A DNA stretch of 57,245 bases from Octopus bimaculoides (taxonomy: Eukaryota): contig NC_068981.1 in the NCBI RefSeq assembly GCF_001194135.2, forward strand, positions 135,395,238-135,452,482. The letters are read 5' to 3'. A program made the translations under genes and the position numbers. The notes beneath the pieces were generated by a model that was not told the origin of the DNA, did no database searches, and saw nothing but the letters and a program-made list of their open reading frames with translations. Each line of letters opens with the position of its first letter. Position 1 is the stretch's first letter. Shown here piece by piece: positions 35,216-49,679 of this stretch.

Positions 35216-37185
35216 TACCACCTTGTACTGTAATGTACTATTAAATTGCTTTAGTACACTAAAAGCTTTTCCTCCTGAATATGCTCTGCTGAATTTGGGG
35301 TATGTCTAATACACCCATTTATCTTTTATGCTATCAAATACTTCATCATTCAAAGTCCATTTTCCATGATAGTATGGGCTGGATGGTTTAAAAGGAGTTG
35401 GTATGCCAGAGGGCTGCACCAGACCCCATTCATCTATTTTGGAATGGTTTCTACAGCTGGATGCCATTCCTAACACCAGCCATTTCACAAAGTGTACTGG
35501 GTGCTTTTTACATGGTGCCAGTACAGGTGCTTTTTATAGTAAAGTAACAAAGAAATCTCTCTTGCCAACCATAATTACACTTAAAGCTAATGAAGTTTAA
35601 CTGAAGTGTTACTCATATAATCCCCAAACCCTCAGTTGGTTAATTATTTTGTAGTTCTGGTTAGCGGTTGATAAGGCCATACTTTGTTGCCCATTGCACT
35701 GTGATGTATACCTGGTAAAAGACATATAAGCCTCAATGGCTCTTTCCATCCAGTTGTAAATAGGTACCATGTGTGGGTAGAATCTTAGAGGGATTCAATA
35801 TGTGGCATGAATACTTTGCTAGCTTCGTGTTGTGTTCAAACCCTTCCATGGGCCTAGATAATGCAACTCTAGCAATCCCTCATTACAGGAAATTGAAGTC
35901 TTTCTTCAGTTTTGCCCCAACAAACAGTTGTTAAAGGAACATTATTCTAAAAATGCTGTAAGCAAAGTGTCAGTCTTCAAAATAATATAGAACTATATAT
36001 CTGTACTTTACGAAGATTAACTTGTGTTTAACTATTTGTTAAAAGATGTTTCATGTCATTAAAATTTAGGCATGTAGAGCAGACACAATCTGAGAAGTCA
36101 ACAGGTGGGTATGTGTGTAAATATCAGTATGTATGTATTATATACAGACACACTCACACACAAAACTAGGTGTACAAGTGTTTTTTGTTGCAGAGAAAAG
36201 CTTTTATATTGCGTGGTAAATTGGTAAATACATTTAGGACAGAACTGTAAATATATATACATGTATTGATTGAACTTTCATAACATATATTATATAACTA
36301 TAGCGCTCATATAATAAGTGGTATAATTACTGATTTAATAGAAACTGGTATATGGGGACATCAGTCGAACACATGACACTTTGTGTTCAGCCCTGATGAT
36401 GAATCAGTGCCATTGGTCTGGAGCTAATGAGGAATAGCAGTATAATAAAATCATATGGTTGGGAAACTAACTTCTGTATGGTTAAGAAGTTTGCTTTTCA
36501 AACATGTAGCTTCAGGTTCAATCCCTATGCATGACACTTTGAATCAATGGATTTGGTAGATGGAAACTGACAGAAGCCTTTGCATCTTGCATTTATTTAT
36601 GTGCAGGTCTGAAAATTGTCAGCTACGAGCAGTGATGATGTCATTTCTCGTGACTGCAAATCATCTGTTGGTTGTAGGTTTCAATGATCTGTGAAGTAAG
36701 AGATCCCTTACATAAAAAGACAAGAGTAAGGGTTAGTGACAGGAAAGGCATCTAACTATAAAACAAAGCCTCAATTCGTCAAATCTATGCAAACATGCAA
36801 AACCCAGGCATAAAAATGAACAACACAGATACATCTGTACATGTATGTGTGTGCCACAATGTTTACATATTCCACACTCATCACCGATAGAGTGTAGTGG
36901 TGCTGATGTTGGTGACAGGAAGAGCATCCAGACTCAAAATCTTGCCTCAAATAAATCTGTCCAAACCTATGCTAGTATGGAAGAACAGACATTAAACAGG
37001 TCCACAAGCACACATGCATGCATGCATATACATGGACTGGTTTATATAGTTGTATATAAGTTGCAGTTGGTGGACAAAAATTTAGACACGAAATAATAAA
37101 TGTTCAAATGAAGTTAACAGGTTTTATAGGTTTTTGAATGTCTAATCTATGTCTTCCATGCTGTAATTACTTTAGTTTCAACATA

Positions 37186-37570
37186 TAGGTGCAAGCATGG
37201 CTGAGTGGTAAGAAGCTTGCTTCCCAACCACATGGTTCCGGGTTTAGTCCCACTGTGTGTCACTTTGGGCAAGTGCCTTCTACTATAGCCTCGGGCCAAC
37301 CAAAGCCTTATGAGTGGATTTGGTAAGCAGAAACTGAAAGAAGCCCATCATATATATGTGTGTGTGTTTGTCTCCCATCACTGCTTGACAACCAGTGTTG
37401 GTGTGTTTACGTTCCCTTAACTTAGCAGTTCAGCAAAAGGGGCCAATAGAATAAGTACTAGGCTTAAAAAAGTAAGTCCTGAGGTCAACTTGTTTGATTA
37501 AAAATCCTTCAAGGCGGTGCTCCAGCATGGCCGCAGTCAAATGACTGAAACAAGTAAAAGAATAAAAGAA
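37186..37570 (+). mobile_element. SINE A, full length
   Basis: Homology to other copies. Confidence 0.8.
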
Positions 37571-38809
37571 TACTGTCTCAGACCAAATCCCTCAACCAAG
37601 CAAGTGTGTCTCTGAAATATGGAAGTTGATTTATCGAGATACTCTTTGCAGTTGGAGTGCTAACTCACGTTCCTCAGTTATATCTCCCAGACTCACATGA
37701 TACATCAGAGATAAAACAGATCTCACCAGCAATCTATGAACATTCACTTTAGATTAGTGGTGAATTGTTGACATATAAGAACACTAATCATCTGACATGT
37801 ATTTTATAGAAAGATAGAAGAACCCTTTGTTGCTAAAGGCAACTATTGATTAAATGGCTTCCAGCTACAGGCAAGATCTTCAGATTAGATTACTACAAGC
37901 ATTATTTATAATGACAATCAGAAGTATGAATGTGTGGTTAAGTAGTTCACCTTGCAATATCAAGTAGTTCTGGGTTCAATCCCACTGGGCAAACCTTGAG
38001 CAAGTGTTTTCAACTTTAGCTTTGGATTGATGGGACATATTAATTGAATTTATCATCATCATCCTCATCATCTATTAACTGCCTTCCATACTGGCATGGG
38101 TTGGACGGTTCAACAGGAGCTGGCAAGCCAGAGGACTGAGTCAATTGCCACCATCTGTTTTGTCATGATTTTTATGGCCAGATGCCTTTCCTACTACCAA
38201 CCATTTTACAGAGTGGACCAATTAGGTTGACAAACTGTGCAGAAGCTTCCTGGATATACAATGACCAAATTTCACTGCCGGACACTCAGTGCTATTAAAC
38301 ACTTATAAGAATTTAGAGCAGGTCCCTAGTTCAAGGGCAACCCAGGAGTTATAGTTTCTGCTTCTCTGTTCTCTACCAATCTTGGAATTCTTACAAAGGT
38401 CTTTCCTCTGACTCAGTCATTAACAAAAGGTAAAGTCCACAATGGAATATTACTCTCATATGTGAGATGGCACTACTGTTATACACAGACATATTCTAGC
38501 TTTTGACTCACAGATTTGTTGTCTTCTCTTTTTACTGCTATTATAATGACCACTGCTCCTCAGAGCTGGTTGGGCCCATGTCACTTTTACCCAGGAATTC
38601 CCAGCCCACTTGTTTCTCCTCAAGGATTCATTCCCTGCTTATGTTTTCCCCCCACAGGTGTTGACTGAGGAACATTAATGGCATCAGTCTCACTGGTCGG
38701 TGAAAGCTATAGACATTGCCCCCACCTGAACTTGGTTGCTGCTGGTATTATAAAACCTTTGTTGTTCATCTTTTATATTCTCAGTCCTAATGGGATATAA
38801 CTTTAATTT

Positions 38810-39185
38810 CATCATCATCGTTTAACGTCCGCTTTCCATGCTAGCATGGGTTGGACGATTTGACTGAGGACTAGTGAACCAGATGGCTACACCAGACTCC
38901 AATTTGATTTGGCAGAGCTTCTACAGCTGGATGCCCTTCCTAACGCCAACCACTCTGAGAATGTAGTGGGTGCTTTTACATGCCACAGGCACGAAGGCCA
39001 GTCAGGCGGTACTGGCAATGGCCACGCTTAAAATGGTGTATTTTACGTGCCACCTGCACAAGAGCCAGTCCAGCGGCACTGGCAACGATCTCGCTCGAAT
39101 GTCTTTACACGTGCCAGGAAGGCAATGCTGAGCACAGGTGCCAGGAAGGTGATGCTGAGCACAGGTGCCGTCACCATTTCGCTTT
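38810..39185 (-). mobile_element. RTE 3' end, young subfamily
   Basis: As above. Confidence 0.8.
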
Positions 39186-39769
39186 TCATCCCACTTAAAT
39201 TCTACAAAACCATACTGTTACACTAACATGCTAAATAGGAAAAAGAACACTTTAATCCACTACACATGGAATATGTTTGTGGGTTAAAGAGGTCCTTAGT
39301 CCTGTCTATACATCATTGCATAGATATGCAATGTTCACATCCAATGCTGTTGGCTAAATTCTTTCAAATTTTGAAACATGTGCAATTCTGAGACTGATTT
39401 TAGCAGGCCACATTCTACAAACCTTATGTGCATATCCTTTCTAAATACAAAATACCAGCTAAAAGTTTAGCAATCACAGTCTTCTTGAAGTCAGTAAGGT
39501 AGGTTTAATGAAATTTCTGCACAGAGAATCCTGTTATTTATGACAAATTATTGAACATTCTAACAGAAACAGGAACTAACACAATATTTATTGATAATAG
39601 AGAAATGGATAAAGATGAGGAGCTGATGGTGGTGGTGATGAAGTGTGAATGTGGATTAAGATGGTACGTGTAGTGGTAGAAAAGATGGTGAATAGGAGAA
39701 TAGGATGGTGGTGAAGACGGTGAACAAAAAGGAAGGGAAAAGGAAAGTATTAATGGTGAAGATGTCGAT

Positions 39770-40232
39770 CAGTGTTTCTCCACCATTTTTTACCTAGGGA
39801 CCTCTTTGATCCCTATTTTACTCAGTCAGGGATAGAGGTACGGGTCCTCATAGCCATTTGATGTCTAAAAACTCCTATTATACTTTTAGGATTAAATATT
39901 AGGAATATTCCCTCCTCTGTTAGGAGGCACAAGCACTTACCTACACATGTACACACACGACAGAAACTTCCTATCAAATTCAATCACAAAGCCTTGGTCG
40001 ACCCAAGGCTATAACAGAAGACACTTACCCAAGGTTCTACATAGTGGGACTGAACCCAAAACCAGGTGGCTGGGAAGCAAGCTTCCTGACCACACAGCCA
40101 TGCCTGTATATGAAAATGCTTAAATATTTTGTGTATTGTAGAAATATAACCAATTTATTGCACATAAATTTTAACAACAAAACTTTATATGCCCCACCCA
40201 AGGACCATATGGACCCTGGTTAAGAACCACTG
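39770..40232 (-). mobile_element. hAT-like MITE, family E, interrupted by a SINE A half (about 39915-40107)
   Basis: TIRs cagtgtttctccacc ... ggttaagaaccactg; body is the reverse complement of the other two copies. Confidence 0.65.
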
Positions 40233-40434
40233 ATATAAATGATGGTGATGGTATTGATAATGACAAAATGTGGGTAAAGTTGTCAGTGGTGAAGACAATG
40301 AGTAGGCAAGCAGAGGAAAGTGGATTTCTTATTTTTATATAAATATTGAATTAGTCAGTTTCAGACAATATCACAACATCGTTTCTTACTAAGACACATT
40401 TGTGCTACAATATGTGTGTTTGCATACACACACG

Positions 40435-40580
40435 AGAGAGAGGGAAGAAGAGATGGAAAGAGAGAGGGAAGGAGAAAGTGAGGGAGAGAAAGAGGAGAGA
40501 GAGAGAGGTAAAGAGAGAGAGAGAGGTAAAGAGAGAGAGAGAGGTAAAGAGAGAGAGAGAGGTAAAGAGAGAGAGGGAGG
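40435..40580. repeat. GA-rich array with an 18-bp unit (ga)n-ggtaaa
   Basis: Directly visible. Other GA arrays lie at about 5128, 5588, 6120, 6295, 30040, 48446 and 52705. Confidence 0.85.
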
Positions 40581-43500
40581 GGTGGGGGGAAAGATAGTGG
40601 ATCCATAGCTAAGTATGAACAGGTGCTGTAAGCACAGTGACAAATTCCACTTATTGATGAAAGACAAACATAAATGGGGAAAAGAATACCAGGAGGTGGC
40701 AGTTCACCGTGGAAGAAAGATTGGTAAATGCATTTAAAGAGTAACAAGGGGAAACACACACACACAGAGTCTAAATGACCACTTCTACAGCAGCCATGAT
40801 GGCTTCAGCAGAAAAAACAAAATCAACAACAAAGAAACCTAACAAATACAAATAAAACAGAACCTGCTAGAAGACAGCTTTATTGGAATATTCTTATGCC
40901 AGAAAAGCTAAGTATGTATGAGTGTACCAAGCATGCAAACATAAAAATGGCCATTGTTCTAGTAATAATACTTATAAAATAATAAAGCTGAAGATAGGTT
41001 TAGACAAGCTCAAAACAGAAGAAACATAGTGAATTACAAAAGATAAATATATAGGGAGAAGGAAAGAAAAGGGTCAGTGCTTGTGATATATATATATATA
41101 TANNNNNNNNNNNNNNNNNNNNNNNNNNNNNNNNNNNNNNNNNNNNNNNNNNNNNNNNNNNNNNNNNNNNNNNNNNNNNNNNNNNNNNNNNNNNNNNNNN
41201 NNNNNNNNNNNNNNNNNNNNNNNNNNNNNGCATATATATATATACACATATATGAGATATGAGTTGGTATAAGGTAAACTGCTATATTTAATTTCAAGAT
41301 TTCCCACAGTGAGGTAGAAGAAACGAGGAAATGGTAATAGGTGGTGGCGATGATGGTGGTGGTAATGGTGTTGGTGGGGGGCTCCGTGGGTGGGTGGGTG
41401 AGGGAGCAAGTTTGGACACCTCACTGTAATATTTATCCTCACTCACCAAGGACTGCCAGCTGGGAAGTGAGAGAGTGAAGAGGACAATGCCATTAGATTA
41501 ATTACATTAATAACAATTGGCTTTTCATTACGGAATATAAGCAAACAATAGAACAGGAATGGAGAGAGAGAAAGAGAGAGTTGAGTAGTGAACAATGTGG
41601 GGAAACCCCACCAAGTACAAGGGTAGATATAGGAGAGAAAGAATGGAGTGAATTATTTGAATCTTTGTATTGAATGTGATCTACATAGGAGTTGGTGAAA
41701 AAGTAGTCAGTTTCTGATAACCAAATTTCCACTCACAAGGAAATGGTTGACAATCATCATCATCAACAGCATCGTTTAATGTCTGCCTTCCATGCTGGCA
41801 TGGGCGGGATGGTTTTCCAGGAGCCTGCACCAGATTTCTTTAACTGTTTTGGCAGGACTTTTACAGCTGGATGCTCTTCCTAACACCAACCACTCGGCAA
41901 TGTGTGGTGAAAATAAAAGATTGAACCTGAAACCACATGGTTAGGAAGCAAGCTTCTTAACCACACAACCATAGATATGGAGGAAGTCATCAACACCAGA
42001 CATCCATCCACCACCACCACCACCATTATCCTAACACCAACCACACCGCACAGTGGACTGAGTACTTTTTACATGGCACCAGCACAGGCGAGGTTGTACA
42101 TTGACTCATTGAGTATGACTTTCAACACACACACACACACACACAAAGTTTGCAAATCCAGTACCCAAGATACACTTTCAGTTGCTTACCTATTATCTCT
42201 GGAGCAACAGGATACATACCAACCTGTCTGGCCCCAAGTTATACTTGGGATTTTGGGGAAAGAATGCAAATCTTTAATTCAGACGCTACAAATGATCATG
42301 ATATCTGGAACTATAAAAATTTGCAAGATCTTCTTAAGATTCAACGAATGATGAACAAAACAAGATGCTTTCCTTCACATCCTTGCTACCAAAGAGGTGG
42401 CTGGTCAGAATTTACTCTAAATTAAAAAAAGAGAAGCCAGCCACACACACACACACACACATGCATGTGTGTGCTAGATGAAAGACAAAATGTTCAACAG
42501 AGAAAATATTACTTCATCATGACCTTAGCCATGATGACTAAAGATAAACTAAAGAACTCCAGAAAAATATCAGAGTCTTTGACAATTTTTGAGTGACAAA
42601 GTTCACCTTATTCAGGGTGTGAGAATTTAAAAATAGATTAGTGTGCTCATTAGTTCATCACACCAAGTCCAACTATCTCCATGGAGAAAGTGGAAATAGT
42701 AGTAGCAGTAGTCAGTTTTATTGAATAATGACTTTAGTTTATGTAATTGTTGTTTAGCTTCAAATCAGTTTTGAACCAGTAGACCTTTGACCACCCTGTG
42801 TCAAATCTAAATAAATGGGTTGGTGGAGTAGGGCTGACACAGAAATCTTGTTGCTGTAAAGTCAGAAGATGAATAAGGATAATGCTTTCCATGCTAACAT
42901 GGGTTAGATGGTTTGGCAGGAGTCAGCTAACCTGAGGACTGTGCTGCTAAATCTCAGTGTCTGCTTTGGCATTGTTTCAATGGCTGGATGGTCTTCCTAA
43001 TGCCAACCACTTTTACAGAGTATACTGTTACTTTTCACATAGCACCAGCACATCTAAGTTCAAAATAGGATTGTAAAAAGATGGTTTGAGATGCAAATGA
43101 GATCCCAATATTTAGAAATATTAGCTATAGTGTGTTGGCTAATAATGTGTGTAAAAGAGCCATTTCCTGCCATGCATTGTTGTGCATATGACCTAGATAT
43201 ACCATCTCATACTGCTGGTCAAGTAAGCCCACCTATGATCGAAGGTGTTTTTGTGTTGACCATCCTATATTTTTATTTTTCAGGCATTGTGTATAAGGAA
43301 CACCTATTATCCAAGGTGGTTTTATTTTTGTAGGAAAGTAATGTTATCTGAGTGGGATTTGACTGCTATTTCTAACAGGTCAATTGCCCACATAGAGGCA
43401 CCCTTTACAAGAATGGGTTGCTAACTAAAAAGCTTTCTTTTTTTTTTCTTTTTTGCTCCCCATGAGGAGAGTTTAACTTGATATGAGTTAATGACATCAA

Positions 43501-44254
43501 TTTTACAATGCTCACAGTAAACAACACATTGTGGTACTCAATTACAAAAGAGGTGAACTCGGTCATTCATTGTTCAGTGGTTTGGACTCAATAGTTTTCT
43601 CGAGTTCTTTAGTTTGTTTTTGTCACTATGGTTAAAGACCATGTTGAAGCACTGTCTTGTATGTCTATTGTGCTGTCTGTATGTATATATTAAGGGGTCT
43701 ATTGTTTCATTGAGTATTTTTTTTATATAACATTTCTAGATAGTGGCTAAATAAATTGAAATAAGTGACTCTGCTTTGTTTGTAGTCTTTTTCAGATAGC
43801 TGATTCTCATCATCATCATCACCATAGTTTAACGTCCACCTTCCATGCTGGCATGGATGCGCCAGACTTTTTTGGCATGATTTTTACGGCTAGGAGCCCT
43901 TCCTAACACCAACCACCCAGGAAGAGTGGACTGAGTGCTTTTTATATGGTACTGTTAAAAAAACAAATGCATCTAGGTGGAGATGTAATATGATGTCATG
44001 TATTGAAAGAGAAGTGCTTTCTGATGGTAGTGGCCAGCACTTGAGAAAAGTTAGAATTCCTAAGAGATGGCAGTAAAAGCAGGCCTCAGAAAATTACATC
44101 TCTTTGATAAGATGATGCAAGACAATTTAATGGAAAGATGTTGTATTCATAAAGGTGTCCTCTAATTGATGACATGTAAAATGAATATTAAATCAATAAA
44201 GATGATGAAATACATGTGAACAAAGTTCAGAGAGGACTTAACAAAACAGCCTCT

Positions 44255-44420
44255 GTATCTTCACTTGACTTGCTAGAAATAGCTGACAAATCTCCCTCAA
44301 ATCACATTCTACGTTGAATAATGAAGTCCCAGTGATACTAATCTGAACAAAAGATAAGCTAGTGAAAGCCAGAATGTCTTTGATCATGGGTCAACAGGTC
44401 CAAGGTTGAATAAAAGTTAA
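44255..44420 (+). repeat. Interspersed repeat family H (class unknown)
   Basis: cttgctagaaatagc...aaatctccctcaaatcac motif recurs at about 20025 (-), 27750 (-), 28480 (-), 32745, 43340 (-), 50630 and 55850. Confidence 0.5.
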
Positions 44421-45591
44421 ATAAAAGCAAGGACTGAAGCCTTTATCAAATAATAACAGGGTCCTTAATTACCCATAACTAATTATATAATGCAAATTCC
44501 TGTTTTAAATCAAGACCTTTCATTAAAACTTTCATGTTAATCTTTATTCTAAACATCAGCTTAATAACAACAGTTAATTCACTAAATACTTCATTATTTT
44601 CAAAATTAATTGGAACAAAGGCAGTGTATTTCAATAGAAACATAGTAACAAAAGATTTCATCCTTTGAACTCCTGATATGTTTTTAGTAGGCATGATTTT
44701 GAGTTCCAGGGGAAGAAAAAAAAGTGGGTGGCCACATGGGTTTGCATTTATGGTTCACTAATTGGCAGAAACCTATTTCAGCTGTCAGCACAAAACCATG
44801 TGGCTGTCTGCTCCTGTACTTCCTAGGGGTATAATCAAATGAAATTGCATACTTACAGGCTCAAAGAGTTAAGACTAAATCATAAAAAGAGACCAAATTA
44901 ATCAGATAATCATCTTTATGTATTTCCACTCAGAGAAAGGCACTATGACTTTATTCCCCTTATATTAGGAATGCTTAGGAAAGTAACTTAGGCTAAGAAC
45001 TCACTTAGCTTTGTCATGAGCCCCATGACTCATAAGGCTAGAACTTAAACTGGTTTACATGACACATAAGTAACTGAGATTACAACTTCACTTCCTCCTG
45101 GATAGAATGCAAGGTATTGCAGAGTTAACTTTTCAGCTATTGCTGTAACTCATGGCTGAGCGTATTGGAACAACACGGAAAGAGGTGTTTCGCTCAAGAA
45201 CACAATGCACAAGGCTAGGAATTGAAATCATGATCGTAAGACCAGGAGTGCAACACCCTAATCACTAGGTTATGTGCCTTGGTGGGCTAAGAACATTTAG
45301 CCTTTTCAGATGTGATGAAAGCAAAGTATTGTAGCTTGCTTGAAACATTGTGATACAGAAATAAAATACTAAAACAATGAAAGCAGAGAGATTCTTAGAA
45401 TGCAAAAAAGGAAAGTTCAGCGACCTTTAAATATTTAAGGCACAAAAGCTCATCATCAGAAGTAAATGGAGTAAAGAAACATGAGTTTATACAGATCAGG
45501 CCTGCAAGAGTAATTTCAATATTTCAGTGTTGGGCTAACATACAAAGAATATCTGTGTCTCCATCAGAAGATAATTCTATATGTCAATTAA

Positions 45592-45793
45592 CCCTTTAGT
45601 ATGTAAACTTGCCATATCCGGCCCAATTAATCTACCTGTTTGTGTTCAAACAAGCCATGTCCAGCATCTCACACCTACCCTACAGTGTCATTCTAAAACT
45701 CACACCATTGAAATCTCAAAGTTATGAGGTAATGTATGATTAATTAAAAACACTATGAATTATATTTGATAGAGAAAGCTGAATGCTAAAGAG
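45592..45793 (+). mobile_element. piggyBac-like MITE, family D
   Basis: TTAA|ccctttagt ... aatgctaaagag|TTGA termini. Confidence 0.6.
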
Positions 45794-46194
45794 TTGAATA
45801 AGGATAAAAGAAGGGTTGTAGTTGGACCTTTTGATTGTAGAAAAGTGTTCACATTCTACTTCCAGAAGGTCCTCTATATAAATAGTAACAGTGCGATGGC
45901 AGATCAAATAAAAAGCAAAAATTCATGTGAGAGTCAAAGAACTGCAAATCGATATTTTTAATTGGGATGGGTAGGGCAAAAATAATTACAATATTTGTTA
46001 CTATGTCCTTGAAAACTTCCATGCTTCCTGAAATTAGCCAACAGTATACCTGATGTCTCCCACCTTTTTTCTTCTTTTTTTAATGACTCATTCACTATTC
46101 ACTTCCTGTACATTATTCCATGTACTGTTCATGCACTTTTGGCTACTTATTCTGATGAGTTATAGTGTACCAGAGCACTGTATACAATAAATTC

Positions 46195-46388
46195 TTTTAT
46201 TTGTTTCAGTCATGTGACTGCTGCCATGCTGGAGCACCACCTTTAGTCGAGCAAACTGACCCCTAGGACTTATTCTTTGTAAGCCCAATACTTAGTCTAT
46301 CGGTCTCTTTGCTGAACTGCTAAGTTACAGGGATGTAAACACACTAGCACTGGTTTTCAAGTGATGTTAGGGGGACAAACAGACACTA

Positions 46389-46443
<55 letters not shown>

Positions 46444-46815
46444 NNNNNNNNNNNNNNNNNNNNNNNNNNNNNNNNNNNNNNNNNNNNNNNNNNNNNNNNN
46501 NNNNNNNNNNNNNNNNNNNNNNNNNNNNNNNNNNNNNNNNNNNNNNNNGCACAAAAAGGAAATGACTCTCCCCAGACACAACAGAGCATGCTTCAACACA
46601 TGATCTCACATAAAGAATCTTGCAAATCAAATCCAAAAACGAAATATATATATATATAATGACGGGCTTCCTTTGGTTTCCATCTACCAAATCCACTCAC
46701 AAGGCTTTGGTTGGCCCGATGCTATAGAAGAAACTTTCCCAAGGTGCCACGCAGTAGGACTGAACCTGAAACCATGTAGTTCGTAAGCAAGCTACTTTAC
46801 CACACAGTCACTCCA
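46195..46815 (-). mobile_element. SINE A with a gap and extra sequence in its central microsatellite
   Basis: 3' half at 46195-46443 and 5' half at about 46650-46815. Confidence 0.7.
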
Positions 46816-47345
46816 GTTGCGTACTGGGGTTGATCTAATCGACTGCCCCCCCACTCCCCCCAAATTATTTTTCAATATTAGCTAAGTATGTTTGATTCTT
46901 AATCCTGTAATTCATTATAAGTTACATTCACTAACAACAATAGGGGCGATAAGCTGATAGGTTTGCTAAAGGTTAGGGTCGATGTTACCAGAGAAATCAA
47001 GTTTCTAGGTGAACCAGTCGGCTTCACACACCAAGGGAGGTAACTCTGCACCTTAGCTTAACATTTTGACTTGGTTGTGTGTGCGCGCGTTGCCAGTCTA
47101 GATCCATCAGACAGACACAGCTAGTGAACCAACGAAGATGCTGCCACGCAGTCTTTCAACTTGTTAGATATAGCAACCGTATAACTTAGTTAGGAAGAGC
47201 TTGATAATCAAATTTATGAATTCACAATGATTAACTGAAACAGAATAAGTGAAAGCTATTGTCATTAACCCTTTTGATACTAACACACCTGAAACTGTCC
47301 CTGGGTCTATGGTAAAAACTTCCTGTTTGAAATTGATATAACTAA

Positions 47346-47697
47346 AGGGCGTAGCTGTGTGGTTAGAAGCTTGCTTCCCAACCACACGGTTCTGGGTTCA
47401 GTCCCACTGTATAGCATCTCGGGTTGACCAAAGCCTCCAGTGGATTTGGTAGACAGAAACTGAAAAGAAATCCCAGCGTATATATCTATATGTGTGTGTG
47501 TTTGTGCGTGTGTGATTATTTGTCCTCCACCACTGCTTGACAACCGGTGTTGGTGTGTTTACATTCCTGTAACTTAGCAGTTCAAAAAAGAGACCAATAG
47601 AATAAGCACCAGGCTGTAAAAAAGGTCCTGGGGTTGATTTGTTTGACTAAAACTCTTTAAGGCTGTGCCCCAACATGGCCACAGTCAAATGACTGTG
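47346..47697 (+). mobile_element. SINE A, full length
   Basis: Homology to other copies; inserted in a family F MITE end. Confidence 0.75.
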
Positions 47698-47799
47698 AAA
47701 ATCTCATGTTCATTTACATTAAAAACTAACGACAAGATTATTTTATTAATTACTTCATTATTTATTCATTATGACAGAGTGTAAGAGCCCCGAGAAAAA

Positions 47800-48190
47800 A
47801 GTTGGACATAAGAAGCATCAGATGTGGTGTGAGATGACTGTGCTGGTATGGTCATGTGTTGTGTATGGATGAGGACAGCTATGTGAAGAAGTGTCACACC
47901 CTAGCAGTAGAAGGAACCCGTGGAAGAGGTAGAAGAGGAAGACATGGGATGAGGTGGTGAAGCATGACCTTCGAATGCTGGGCCTCACAGAGCCAATGAC
48001 AAACAACCGAGACCTTTAGAGATACGCTGTAATTGAGAAGACCCGGCAAGTCAAGTGAGATCGTAGCTGTGGTCGATGCCAGTGTCACATAACTGACCCG
48101 TTTAAAAGTACCCTTCAATCAATGAGTAATATGCTGTGCTTGAGAAGACCTGTTGAGTCAAGTGAAATTGTAGTCGAGGCCAATGCCATG
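47800..48190 (+). mobile_element. RTE ORF2 C-terminal fragment
   Basis: WYGHVLCMDEDSYVKKCHTLAVEGTRGRGR motif. Confidence 0.75.
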
Positions 48191-48541
48191 TAAAAATAAA
48201 GGCAGTGCATTTCAGAAATATGGTAAGAAAAGGTTTGATGCACCACATGTAAAAGTAATGTTAACTGAAACTGAAATCAATGCAGCTGGAGCTGAGTCCG
48301 AGGTGTATACTCACACGGAGCCACGTAAGTATATTCTCAGTATTTAGTCACTTAAACATTGGGAACTGTTTATACAATTATAATGATTCTGTTAAAATAC
48401 TCTATAGTGCAGGTCGTGTGTGCGTGTTTGTGTATATGCATGTGTAAGAGAGAGAGAGGGAGAGAATTGGAGAGAGAGGGAGAGAAGTGGAGAGAGAGAG
48501 AGAGGGAGAGAAGTGGAGAGAGAGAGAGAGGGAGAGAAGTG

Positions 48542-48577
<36 letters not shown>

Positions 48578-48896
48578 GAGATGAGAACATTATGTTAGCA
48601 GTAGATTGATATTCACAAGATTAAAAAGGTTGGCTGATATTGAAGAACTGCAATTATCTATTGAAATTCTACAAAAATGCACAAAGAAATTTTATCTTAA
48701 TACCTGCGACACCAGTCCATGTTGTTTACACTTCTTTGATATAGTTGCCATAGATATTAATAAAATACTTCAATAGCCAAAAAAAAAAAAAAAAGTGCAA
48801 TGGCCGAGCAAGATTTTTTGAGGAAGACTGGTAGCTGGCCATGCATGCAAGTCTTAGTATATGTTTGTGTCTGTGTGTATCCTTGTCTAGATATCA

Positions 48897-49390
48897 CATC
48901 ATCATCATCATTGAACATCCGCTTTCCATGCTGGCATCAGTTTGACTGAAAACTGGTAAGGCCAGGGAGCTGCACCAGGTTCCAGATTGATTTGGCTTGG
49001 TTTCTATGGCTGGATGCCCTTCCTAATGCCAACCACTCCAAGAGTGTAATGGGTGCTTTTTACGTGTCACTGGCATAGGTACAATTTACATGACATTGGC
49101 AACAGCCACAACTATGATTTCACTTGACTTGACAAATTTTCTCAAGCACAGCATATTGCCAAAGGACTTGGTCACTTATTGCCTCTGTGGTAAAGGAACA
49201 TCATCATCATATAAGTTATGTTTGTTTCCAGCCTTCCACGAAAAACATGTCTGGCCATTGGGAAATATTACCTTCTTGGAAACAGGCAAGGGTTGGTGAT
49301 AGGGAGAGCATCCAGCTGTAGAAAATCTGCCTCAATAAATTCTGCCTGATCCACACAAGCACGCAAAAGTGGACGTTAAATGATGATGGT
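48897..49390. mobile_element. RTE 3' ends (- 48897-49190; + 49210-49390, variant family G)
   Basis: Tail motifs. Confidence 0.65.
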
Positions 49391-49526
49391 AATCTGCCTT
49401 CATAGCTCCTCAATATCTACAAGTTCAGCAGGACTTTAAACAGTGTCCGAGTACTACCCATGCTGGTGTCATGTAAAAAACACCAACCACTTTACAGAGT
49501 AGACTGGGTGCTTTTCACACATCACC

Positions 49527-49583
<57 letters not shown>

Positions 49584-49679
49584 TTGTATTAAAGAATAAC
49601 AAATCTGTACTTTACGAAAAGTACTGAGTAATTCTACAATTTAATGTAAAATTGTTATATCATAAACACAAACATTTAT

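Noticed and set aside
45866-45961. + strand candidate exon KVLYINSNSAMADQIKSKNS...
   Set aside because: Phase is incompatible with the other + strand candidates and there is no homology.
48314-48334. 21-nt phase-0 minus-strand microexon candidate (NILTWLR) with a gtgagt donor
   Set aside because: No polypyrimidine tract at the acceptor, and it would interrupt a region that aligns without it.
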